A stretch of 64,000 nt of DNA from Mantamonas sphyraenae STR306 (taxonomy: Eukaryota > Protista > CRuMs). A program made the position numbers and the translations under genes. Shown here in pieces: positions 34,336 to 44,820 of this stretch. Every line of letters starts with the position of its first letter. Positions within the stretch are counted from its first letter, which is position 1. The stretch is from positions 248,001-312,000 of the forward strand of contig JAPMXV010000008.1 of the NCBI GenBank assembly GCA_026936335.1, written 5' to 3'. The notes beneath the pieces are model-generated. The model was not told the origin of the DNA. It did no database searches and was given only the letters and a program-made list of their open reading frames with translations.

Positions 34336-35695
34336 ATGAAGACTGCTGCTGTCCTGTTTGTTGCAGCCATGCTGATGGCATGCTGTGTGGAGGCCAGCGG
34401 GAGCGTGCCGACGTTTGTGTGGGGGTCGAAGGGGTATGTGGGGAGGCTGGGACAGTGGGCCGGAGAGGGGAGGAGGCCCGCGTAAGGCTGACGCGTCTTG
34501 AGGGACTCGCACGCACAGAATGCTGAGTGAACAGGCTCAGGAACAGGAGGATGTACAAGAAAGCAGCCACGAGGAAGTGGTGGACATGGTGGGCAGCCTG
34601 GTGAACGGCCAGGAGGCACAGGGCAACGTGAGTTTTGGCCAGTCCACGCATTTCGCCCTCTTTCCCGACCCCCGACTGTCCCTACGCGTAGCGGACGTCG
34701 GAGAAGCGCCATGACGAAGAAACTAGAGTGCCCCACTACGGTGGTGGTATCAGAGAGGGACAGGGCGTACGCGTCCGCCTCGAAAAGTGATTGATCTATC
34801 TATGTTTCCTTTCATTGCTAGATAGTAGCTGAGCGCAAAATTTCGCACGCAGCCGACGTGCTCCTTACACGTGCCCCGGTCGATGCACAAGGCTGTTTCC
34901 CCATTGTTTTTGCTTCCCCCCTTTGCGCCACGTACTCACATCATAGCACACACCTCCGATCCATGGTAGTCTGCGCTGCGGGACATTGTGTCTTCCGAGG
35001 CGCAGCCGCAGGTGGTTGTCGTCTTTGTGCACCCGGGACTGCGTGAGGACGAAGCTGCACGATACGGTGGAGCACATGCAGAGGACGAGGCATCGACCTC
35101 GTCGCTGGAAGCTCTGAAGAAGGCTGTGTCTGCCAAGAGCCAGGCTCGTGTGGTGTCGCACACGCGCGTGTTTTCCGACGCCCAGGAGCTCGAGTCGCGC
35201 CTGCGCATGCTGGCTGCCCATGTGGTGGACACGTCTGACAACCAGCAGGAGCTGCCCACGCAGAAGCTGGCGTCGTCCAAGGGCACGCAGCTTGTGCTTG
35301 TGCCTCTCCGCGCAGAGGCCTCCCTGAAGGAGCGCCACGAGCAGCTCAAGGCTGCCGATACCCAGATGGCATCTGTGCTGCGCAGTTTGGAGCAGGCCAA
35401 GCTGTCCCATGTGGCAGTTCTCACCTCGGCCCAGGCCAACCAGCCCAACCTTCAGCTCAACTTTGCCGAGCAGGTGCTTGCCCACGGCCGCCAGCTCATG
35501 GAAGTCCGTCTCGGCGACGCAGATGGCAACACCACCACCCCTGACAACGTCGTGTACGACACCTACTTCCCTGCCTTTGTTATCCAGGGGTACATGGCAG
35601 TCTTCCCCATTCTCCTCTTCTCCTGCATGGGCGTTTGCTACACCTGCTACGTCCAGGGTCCCAAGACCTTCCTCAGCCTCGAGGAAGATGATTAA
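34336..35695 (+). CDS. Type I membrane protein resembling V-ATPase accessory subunit Ac45/S1 (Voa1-like); 2 introns
   Basis: Signal peptide followed by VPTFVWGS; single C-terminal TM with TYFPAFVIQGYMAVFPILL...VQGPKTF, similar in layout to the Ac45/Voa1 tail. Confidence 0.55.
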
Positions 35696-35791
35696 GCAGA
35701 CGGGAAGCGGACAGTGTCTGCCACGCACAATCTCCAACGAAATGGACCACCCTCTTTTTTCATCAACACTTTTGGGCCTGCTGCCGCCCGT

Positions 35792-36880
35792 TCACACCAC
35801 CCCGCCGCTCTTTTCCGTCAACGTCTCGACAAACATCACGTTGGCTTGCTCCCACTCCGTGACACGCTCGCGCAGATGCGTCTCCACACGCTGGCTGTTG
35901 ACAAACTGGTTCTTGAATTCGTAGCGCTCGCGCTGTGGTTCCATGTCAACAGCAAAGTCCGTCACTGGCGGTGTCAGCAAAAGGTGCTCCGGACAATGTG
36001 CACCCTGGTTCTGCAGCCAGGTGGGCGTGCCGACGTCTGTTCCGGGGCCACCCTGTGTCCCCTCTGCTCGCAAACTCACAATTTGGTTCTGCAGCTCCTT
36101 CTGCGCCTTTTTCATCACATCCTGAATCTCTGCAATCTGTGCCTTTTCCTCGTCCACCTTTGTCTTGAGGAATTCTGTGCCGTGCCGTGTGCGGTGAGTG
36201 TCCGCGTGCGCCGTGTCAGCCCTCGTCAATCGCCGCCTCATTCAATTTTCCGCCGCTGGTCCTTTGGTCACCTCCCCTGCACCTGTGCATGGCCTGCACC
36301 TGACCATAAACTCACCAATCTCCTCCGTGTACCGTTGCGTGTGCACTTGAGTCTGTGATGAGTGCATGCGTGTGTCGTGTCAGTGCGCAGCGCTCCCTCG
36401 CGTTGTCATTGGCCCGCGCCACTTCTAGCCGTTGACGACACCCGAGCCGCAAAAACCTACCTCGGAGATCTCGGCCTGTGTCTGGCGGATGTCGTTCAGA
36501 ATGAGAATAAGGTCCTGACTGATGGAGTCGGCCTTGTCCTGGTAGCGTGTGGCTTCGTTGGCCAGCAGGTCGGTGTTGAGCTTGACTTTGCTGGTCGCCG
36601 CTTTGTGGTTGTCAATCTGCTTCTTCACATCCTTGATGCGCTCCGCGGCACGGTCCCGCTCCTGGGTGCGCTTCTCCAGCAACGATGCATGCTCCTTCAG
36701 CTGGTCGGCAATGGTGGCCAGCGAGTTTTGTGCCGTGGCAATGGCCTGCTGGTGCTGCTTCCTGCGTTGACGAGAACGTGAGCGCCCGACCATGTTCGAA
36801 ATGTTTGGGCCTGCCGTCGCACCTCCAATCCACGTGCATGGCCAGCTACCGACCAGACTGTACAACCTTTGTCACCCATT
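35792..36880 (-). CDS. Hypothetical multi-exon coiled-coil protein (start uncertain)
   Basis: Coiled-coil exons ~36761-36461 and ~36174-35792 bounded by AG/GT sites. Confidence 0.5.
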
Positions 36881-36954
36881 CGTGGTGTTGGGCTGTGTGT
36901 ATGCGCATGCTCGGCCCCACTGCGCCTGGAGTTCCACTGCAACCTTCGCCTCGC

Positions 36955-38502
36955 ATGTTCCGCCGCTCAGCACGGGCCATGCCTGGATGCGGCGCCATGT
37001 CCCAGGCTTGTTTGGCCCCTTCCATTGCTGCGTGTGTGTCCGACGTCTCCCTGCATGCCGGACTCGCCACCTCGGCCGAACACGCCGAGGATCTCGACGT
37101 CGGCACACTTCACCCCAATGGACGCAGCTCCATCTTCTCCAGCATCGACGGAACGCAACCTGCCTCCAAAATCCGCATCCCCAACATCACTATCCCCACG
37201 GGCTTTGAGAAAATCACCCAGACCATGGTCGAGGCCGTCTTCAGGAAAAAGTTCGGAGGTATGTCCGACCCGCTATCTCTCCGTCTCTCTCCACACACAA
37301 TGCTCACACTCTCCTTCGCCCCGTCTGTGCCTGCGTCTTCCGTTGCACCTATGTGTACGTACACCGTACTGCTCGCGTGCACATGCCTCTGGCGTTCCCG
37401 CTTGCCGCACAGTCGAGCCTTTTGAGGTCATCAAGGACGACCTTGCGCCGCTCACCACCAACGTGAAAAAGCTGCTCTCTTCCGACCACCCGGTCCTCTC
37501 CTCCGTCGCACAGTACTACTTTAATCTGCCGGGCAAGCTGTTTCGCCCGGCCATTGTTTTGCTCGTCTCTCATGCCCTGGCGCCCCTCACTGAGGCCAAG
37601 GCGATTGACTGGCGTCAGCAATCCCTTGCCGAGATCACAGAGATGATCCACGTGGCCTCACTGGTTCACGATGACGTCATCGACCATGCAGAAACACGCA
37701 GAGGCATTCCTGCTCTCAACAGGTGCGTGCCACGTGTGCATGGCCCTGCCTTTCCCGAGCGACCGTGGCCCGCATGTTGTTCCCTGCTGACCCCTCCCCT
37801 GCTCTCGCCCACCCCGTGTCCCACATCTACGCGCCACACAGGGAGTTTGACAACAAGACTGCCATCCTTACCGGTGATTTCCTGCTTGCGCGTGCCTCTG
37901 TCAGCCTCGCGCGGCTCCGTGATCCCGAGGTGATTGATCTGCTTTCCAACGTCATTGCCGACCTCGTGGAGGGCGAATTCATGCAGATGCGCACGCCCGC
38001 AGAAGAGCGCATGACCTTTGACTACTACCTGCGCAAGACATATCTCAAGACGGCCAGCCTGATCAGCAATAGCAGCCGCGCCGCAGCCATGCTCAACGGC
38101 ACCGCAAACACAGACATGGAGCAGCTGGCCTTTGAGTACGGCAAGAACCTGGGCATTGCTTTTCAAATTGTCGATGACCTCCTCGACTACACCCAGGATT
38201 CGCAGACACTGGGCAAGCCCGCAAACAACGACATCCGCGAGGGCATTGCCACCGCACCTGTCCTCTTTGCCGCCGAGGAATACCCTGAGCTCAATGAGCT
38301 CATCATTCGCCGCTTTCGCGACAAGGGCGATGTCGAAACAGCCCTCCATCTCGTCCACAAGAGTGACGGCATCGAGCGCACACGGCAGCTCGCGACAGCC
38401 TACATCCAAACCTGCCTGGACGCAGCGCGCGAAATGCCTCGCTGTGACGCTAGCCAAGCGCTCGAGGCTCTTGCGGTCAAAGTGGTCAACAGGGTGTCGT
38501 AG
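36955..38502 (+). CDS. COQ1: Trans-prenyl (solanesyl/decaprenyl) diphosphate synthase; 2 introns
   Basis: GKLFRP, EMIHVASLVHDDVID (FARM), RRG, AILTGDFLL, YLKTASL, AFQIVDDLLD (SARM); mitochondrial-type presequence. Confidence 0.93.
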
Positions 38503-38546
38503 GAGAGAGGGGGTGGGCGCAATTCATCTTTGGTTTTTCATTTTCC

Positions 38547-40327
38547 TCACCCAGACAGCGCGATGCCATTCAGAATCAATTGGTACCCTTCTGGCACCTC
38601 GTCATGCGCCTGCACCAGCGCACAGATCTCCTTCAGGTCGTCGCTGACGCCCTCGAAAAAGTCGGTGAGGTAGAGCAAGAGGTGGAAGTCCGAGATGCGA
38701 TCGATGTAGCTCTTCTTGCTGTTGGTGAGCTGGCCCTTGAGGTCCTGCACAGTGGGAGCCACCAGACGGTTGGATACGGGAAAGGTCTCGTGGAGCATGC
38801 CGTCCTCGTAGGAGATTGGCACAGTGACAAGGAAGATGTCGTTGTCCACTTGCGTGACCTCCTTCAACTCCACCAGCACGGGGATCTTGCTGATGTACGA
38901 GAAGGCGAGGTTGTCGCCGTCGAGCGGGTCGTCCAGACGGTCTTCCTTGGCCAGAGCCAGGGCCTGGTCGGAAAACTGGTATCCTTCTGCGCTGAGGCCA
39001 CCGTCGCGCTGGCCTGCAAGGATGGTCACAAAGGTGTCGCTGTTCTGCAGCTGCAGCATGGCGCCTCGCTTCACTTCCCACGCACTGGCCACGTAGTTGC
39101 GTTCGTCGTGCGACTGGATCCAGCCCACCCATTCCATGCCCAGCGCCTCCACCAACTCGTTCACAGTCGTCTCCTTGGGGTCGTCCAGCAGGTCAAACCT
39201 GCCGTCATTGAATTCCTGCGGCGGTTCGTAGATGGCCTGCACCACCACTTCCGCCGTCTCTGTGTCGTCGTCAACAAGCACGTGGCCAAACAGAAAGCCC
39301 AGCCGGTGGCCACCGTACTGCTGATAGTACGTACCATATTGCCCCAGGGCCGCCTGACTCACTCGGATCTTGGTTGTGAACGAGTCTGTCTGGGGCTTGA
39401 GCTTGAACTTGCGCTCCTCCTCGCGCGACAGGCAGGCGATGCACGAGCCATTGGGACCGTGGTTCGAGCAACGCACCTTTTCCGGCTCCTCCTCAAGCGT
39501 GCTGGGCAGGCAGTTGATGCACATGTCACGCGGCCCATGCTGGCACCTGTTCTTGTCCCTTTTTGTGTCTCGGCGCACCCTGTGTGTGTGCTTTTCCTTG
39601 GCTTCCGCCTTGGCCGACTTCTTCACGCGAGTGCAGTTCGGGCACCGCGCGTTTGGGCCGTGCGTACACAGCCAGCGGATCTCCGTGCCTGGGCGCATCA
39701 ATCCCCCACACACACATACACATACACACACGTGATGTCAGGCAGATAAAGGCCACCCGATGTCCGTGTCAGTTCCGTTGCCATGGCCTGCAGCAGAATT
39801 CCGGCCGGAAAACGCGTGGCTGCTTTCTTACCTTTGTAGTTCTCGGGCATGCAGTTTGCACAATACGAACGGCTGTCGTGGTTGCACTTCATCTTGCCTT
39901 CGGCCAGTTCCAGGTCCTTGCAGTTGATGCAGTTTTCGTTGGGGCCGTGCAGACACTTGGGTTTGATGCTCTTTTCGTTGAGGGCGTGGCCTTGTTTGCG
40001 TGACGACGACGATGACGACGACGACGACGACGATGAAGATGAAGAAGACGATGAAGATGAAGACGACGATGACGACGACGACGACGATGACGATCCACTG
40101 CCACTCGCCTGCACGTACAACATGTCACCGTCCTCAAAGCCAAAGGTGCCGATGCGCGAGCTCGCGTCCAGCACCCCGCTCATGTTGGGCGTCTGCGCAA
40201 GAGTGATCGATGATGCGGTTGTCTTGTACACTTCGGCCACTTGCTGCATGAGAGCAAGCACCTTGGCCTGGTCGTCCATTTCAAACCGTTGTGTGCCTTC
40301 CTTGCCACGAACGCGCAAAAGCACCAT
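38547..40327 (-). CDS. NPL4: Nuclear protein localization protein 4 (p97/Cdc48 cofactor)
   Basis: N-terminal UBL MVLLRVRGKEGTQRF...GDMLYV; CxHGPxxxCxxC fingers; RLGFLFG, VQAIYEPPQ, VGWIQSH, ISDFHLLLYL. Confidence 0.92.
40001..40093. repeat. (GAC/GAT/GAA)n trinucleotide repeat encoding ~30 Ser in NPL4
   Basis: Read directly from the sequence. Confidence 0.9.
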
Positions 40328-40377
40328 CTTTCTGGGTTTGTCTGCCGCACGCCGCGCAATGCGCCTCACACCCAGTT

Positions 40378-41835
40378 TCAAATCTGCAGCTTTTTCCGGA
40401 AACAGTGACTGAGGGTGTGTCTGACTGCGTGTGCACCCACCACCTCGGCCACAATCGTGTCTAGGTAGTCCCAAAGCTCAATGTCACGCACCGCGTCGCC
40501 AGGCACCTGGGCCAGGCTTTCACTCACGGCCTGCGCATCCCCAGCCAGAGTGTCCAAGCTTGTGCTCAAGTCGTGCGAGCCTGCTTCATGTTCCACATGT
40601 TCCACACTCTCCAGGGCACACCAGCGCGTCAACCTGTTGGCCACGTCGGCATCCACATCCAGGTGCCGACGTAGCGGATCCCACCTGCTAAGGCGCAGCT
40701 GACGCACATACTCTCGTGTTTGACCACGCCCTTTGACCCGTTCCACCACCTGGTCGACATACAGACGCATGGCAGACAAACGCAGCAACGCGCGCTGCAG
40801 ACACGTCTTGTTACGACCACTGCCACACGGAAGACGGTCCTCGTGGTTGCCAAGGTCGTCTTGCACCAGCTGCCGCGAGTACACTTGCTTCATGGGCCAG
40901 AATACGCCCGACTGGGACCACGATGCCACACTCACCGAGCTTGCAAGCGATTCCACGTGGTGGAACCAGTACGGTGGCACGTACAGGAGGTCACCAGGCT
41001 TCAATGTGACCTGTATGCCCTCTCGTGCCGCCTCGCGCAGCCTTGAATCCATTTTGGGTGTCATGGCGCGGTGTAGAGGCAGCTGCGATTTGTGCCACAG
41101 TGGATGCACCTTTGGAAACAGACTCAGCGGCCCGTGAGTCCATGGAGGAAACAGAGTGAACCGTTTGCTTCCCGTCACATGTGCATACAGATTGTGGTCC
41201 GCGTCGCAGTGTGTGTGTTGAACAGGACCTGCCGAACCTACCCACAGCGTTGCAAACCTGCGTGCTGCATCGCTGTCGTGCTGCCACATCCACTCATTCG
41301 GTTCCACGTCTCCAGCTAGCTTGCTGGGAATGTCACCAAACCAGTAGATGCTCCCGTTGCCCTGGCCTTGAATCTCCTTCCGGGCAAGTTCACCAAACAA
41401 CTCCACCGCGCTCATGTTGCGTGTTGTGAACGCCGTCCTCCATTCCATGTGCGGTCCTGGGTTACGTGCCAGGGCCGTGCGCATGTCCAAGTGCGTGTAC
41501 ACGTTTGGAGGGCCGCTTTGCTTCACGTCTTCCAGTGTCTGCTCGCCAAACGCCTCGGCCACGTATGTCCAGTTTGTCCACTTGCGCACTGCGGGCCACT
41601 GTGCTACCACAGAGCCACGGAGCACGTGCGGCCGCGCTCCTGCAATTAGATGGCGTGCAAAGTCGGCACGTCCGTCCCACTCGCTCACCTCGACCGAATC
41701 CAGCTCGAGGGCGTCCAACACGCGCACAGCGTCAACTTCCTGCGTGGCCATGTGGCCCACGTGGTCAAACAGGTCGCCTGTTGCTATGCAAACTGACATG
41801 GTCAGCAGCAGCCACAGCCGCAGTCGCTTGCTCAT
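40378..41835 (-). CDS. JmjC (cupin-like) 2-oxoglutarate/Fe(II) oxygenase with N-terminal signal-peptide-like segment
   Basis: WPAVRKW, LWVGSAG, HTHCDADHN (HxD), GSKRFTLFPP, LKPGDLLYVPPYWFHHVES (distal His). Confidence 0.88.
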   Translation of the reverse strand: MSKRLRLWLLLTMSVCIATGDLFDHVGHMATQEVDAVRVLDALELDSVEVSEWDGRADFARHLIAGARPHVLRGSVVAQWPAVRKWTNWTYVAEAFGEQTLEDVKQSGPPNVYTHLDMRTALARNPGPHMEWRTAFTTRNMSAVELFGELARKEIQGQGNGSIYWFGDIPSKLAGDVEPNEWMWQHDSDAARRFATLWVGSAGPVQHTHCDADHNLYAHVTGSKRFTLFPPWTHGPLSLFPKVHPLWHKSQLPLHRAMTPKMDSRLREAAREGIQVTLKPGDLLYVPPYWFHHVESLASSVSVASWSQSGVFWPMKQVYSRQLVQDDLGNHEDRLPCGSGRNKTCLQRALLRLSAMRLYVDQVVERVKGRGQTREYVRQLRLSRWDPLRRHLDVDADVANRLTRWCALESVEHVEHEAGSHDLSTSLDTLAGDAQAVSESLAQVPGDAVRDIELWDYLDTIVAEVVGAHAVRHTLSHCFRKKLQI

Positions 41836-41897
41836 CCTGCCCCCTGCCCTGGCCAGTCCAGCGCATTTCCTGCATTGCCGCTTCACATCCGGCAGCC

Positions 41898-42456
41898 ATG
41901 TCCAGCACCATGAGCAAGCGCAGGCTCATGAAGGAAATGAAAAAGTTTGAGAAGGACGCTGTGGAGGGCTTGGAACTCCAGGAAGTCGAGGACGTCAACT
42001 GGTGCGTTTGCACACACGCCCACCTCCCATGTCTTGACAACGTGGATGCTCACCCTCTGTTTGCCGTCTCCCAAATCGTCCACCTCACGCTCCGCCCTCA
42101 GCTGGACTGTCAAGCTCACAGGAGCCCCCGAGTCGTTGTACGAGGGCGAGGAGTACCTTCTTCAGGTCAAGTTTGACTCGAGCTACCCAATCGACCCGCC
42201 CGAGATCAAGTTTGTGGGTGACAAGGTACCCCTCCACGAACATGTCTACTCCAATGGCTTTCTTTGCCTTTCTGTCCTCTACAGCGACGGGGAATACTCG
42301 CCTGCCCTGTCAATCCAGGCCCTGTGCCTCTCCATCCTCTCTATGCTCTCCTCCGCCACGGAGAAGAAGGCACCCCCCGACGACGATTCTCTCAGCAGGT
42401 CTCGTGTCAAGGATGCACGCACGGTCTCATGGGACTTTCACGACGACTCATGCTGA
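41898..42456 (+). CDS. UBE2W: Ubiquitin-conjugating enzyme UBE2W-like; 1 intron
   Basis: KRRLMKE, YPIDPPEIKF, PLHEHVYSNGFLCLSVL, LSMLSSATEK, terminal WDFHDDSC. Confidence 0.9.
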
Positions 42457-42599
42457 CGTGTGAGGGGACAATTGTTCATCATTTGAAAACGCTTTCCGTC
42501 CGATCCCTGCACACATCCAACAACCCTCCGCACATCCCCACCTCCAACCCGTCTCGATGGCTCATGCGTGTCTGCATGCTGCATGATGGCCCCGGTCCC

Positions 42600-43589
42600 T
42601 CAGTCGCGCCACGTCACGTCCACCTGGTCAGTGCGGAACCGCTGGGTGACGTATGAGTCATCGAGCGAGGTCTGGTAGCCGTGTTGAAATTGCAGCAATC
42701 CCGTATAGGCAATCATGGCCCCGTTGTCGATGCAGTATCGGTCGTCCATGGCGTGCAGCTTGCCGCCACGCTCGGCACACATCTGCGCCATCATTTCCTG
42801 CAGGCGCAAGTTGCAACCCACACCACCGACAATGAGGACCTCGTCGCGCTCGCAATGAGCCATGGCGCGCTCTGTGATTTCCACCAGCATGGCAAACACC
42901 GTTTCCTGCAGCGAGAAGCACAGGTCAGGCGTCGAGTAGTCCTTGGCCAGGCCCGTCAGGTTGGACAGGATGCCCGAGAACGACACGTCCATACCCTTGA
43001 CGACGTAAGGGAGTTCCACATACGTTTGTCCCTTTTTGGCTTCCTGCTCGATGTTGTATCCGGGCGCAGGGTCGTTCGACAGGTCGACAATGCGGGCAAA
43101 GCGGTCCAGGCAGTTGCCAACCGCAATGTCGATGGTCTCGCCAAAGATGCGGTAGGTGTTGAGCGAATACGAGATCACTTGCGTGTTGCCGCCACTCACG
43201 TACAGCACAATGGGGTCTGCGGCCTGCGTGACCACGCGGCCCATTTCAATGTGACCCACACAGTGGTTGACTCCCACCAGAGGCACATCCCACAGCTGCG
43301 ACAGTGTGCGTGCAACCACGGCCATCGACTGAAGCGGTGCGCCCATCCCCGGTCCCTTTGTGTAGCAAACACAGTCGAGCTGATCGGGAGTCAACCCAGC
43401 CTCCTTCAACGCCTGACTGACCAGATGTACGATCCATTTCTGGTGGTGTTGTGCTGTCTGCCGTGGCAGGAATCCCTGGCCGGGCGGCGTGATGTATGTG
43501 TGGCGCACATTGGCCAGAATTTCGCCCGTTTCGGTCACAATTCCGACGCCGACTTTGTTGGCGCTGCCCTCGATGCCCAAAGCGTACAT
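42600..43589 (-). CDS. OSGEP: tRNA N6-adenosine threonylcarbamoyltransferase (KEOPS Kae1/OSGEP)
   Basis: [67 protein letters not shown]. Confidence 0.98.
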   Translation of the reverse strand: MYALGIEGSANKVGVGIVTETGEILANVRHTYITPPGQGFLPRQTAQHHQKWIVHLVSQALKEAGLTPDQLDCVCYTKGPGMGAPLQSMAVVARTLSQLWDVPLVGVNHCVGHIEMGRVVTQAADPIVLYVSGGNTQVISYSLNTYRIFGETIDIAVGNCLDRFARIVDLSNDPAPGYNIEQEAKKGQTYVELPYVVKGMDVSFSGILSNLTGLAKDYSTPDLCFSLQETVFAMLVEITERAMAHCERDEVLIVGGVGCNLRLQEMMAQMCAERGGKLHAMDDRYCIDNGAMIAYTGLLQFQHGYQTSLDDSYVTQRFRTDQVDVTWRD

Positions 43590-43678
43590 TTTCTGAACTG
43601 AACTTTTTGCTGCTGCCCCTCGCGCAAACTCTCGCCGCTCACCCTCACGTGCCCTGTTGCCGATTGTCTGCTTGTACG

Positions 43679-44621
43679 TCACAACAGCACACACTTGCGT
43701 TCCTTGGGTGAAACCTTCTTGTGCGGCTTGACGGCCTCGTCAAACAATGCCTTCAGACCTTCTTGTGTCAAGGCGCTGCACTCCATGTATGCCACTGCAT
43801 GCAGCTTCTTGGCCAGTTTCTTGGCTTCTTTGGGCTCGATCACACTCTCTTCGCCATTCTGGCTCTTCATCTCTTCCCTCATGTCCAGTTTAAGCCCGAC
43901 CAGCATCAACGGGACCTCGGGCGCGTGGTGTTGCAGCTCAGGGATCCATTTGTACGATACATTGCTGAACGATGCCTGTGGTTGCATGGATGCAATGGAT
44001 GTGTGCGTGTGCGTGTCGTGTGTGAGTGTGTGTCCGTGGGCACGGAGTTGTCCGTCGCCGCAGAGATTGTGGAAGCTGCTGAATTCTCATTCTCGGGTGA
44101 AAAGGTGTGTGCAGGAGTCTCCTGACGGACAGACGATCAGGTCACAGCCACACGGGTGCAGCGAAGAAGTTGGCAGCGTGCGCAGGGATGTTGCACAACT
44201 TACCCTGTGGATGACGGAGAAGCACACGAGGAACAAGTCTGTGTTTGGGTACGACAAGGGCCGAAGCCGGTCGTAGTCGCTCTGTCCGGCTGTGTCCCAC
44301 AGCGACAGATTGATGGGGTCGTTGCCACGCATGACTGTAGCATGGTTGCAGTATCCCATGCGGTGCGTGGGGGAGGGGGCGGGATGGTTCGCATCCAAGG
44401 CCATGCGAGCACGAGGAAGGGGCGGGGAGAGCGTGTCAGCGAAACGGCTGTGCCGGAGCACACGTGCGCCCACGCTCTGCGAGGCACTTACCATGCATGT
44501 CGTAGTTGTCAAAGATCGTGGGCACGTAGTCGGTGGGAAAGGTGTTCTGAGTGTAGGCCATCAATAGACAGGTCTTGCCCACTGCGCCATCCCCGACGAC
44601 TGTGACCTTCCACGTTTCCAT
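43679..44621 (-). CDS. Rac/Rho-family small GTPase; 2 introns
   Basis: [53 protein letters not shown] box CVLL. Confidence 0.95.
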
Positions 44622-44820
44622 CTCTCTCGTTCGTTTGCTTCGTCATGCGGGCTTCACCGCCCTCCAAACACGTTTCAGCCTACCGGATGCTCAACCATGT
44701 GTGTGTGTGTGTACGTTTGTGTGTGTACGTGTGTGTGTGTGTGTGTGCGTGCGTGTGCAGACATGCAGACATCGTCCGGTCTGCCCAGGGGCCGACACCC
44801 AAATCCCAACACCCGCCCAC

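Noticed and set aside
44697-44760. (GT)n tracts here and elsewhere as special elements
   Set aside because: Common simple repeats in introns and intergenic DNA throughout the window.
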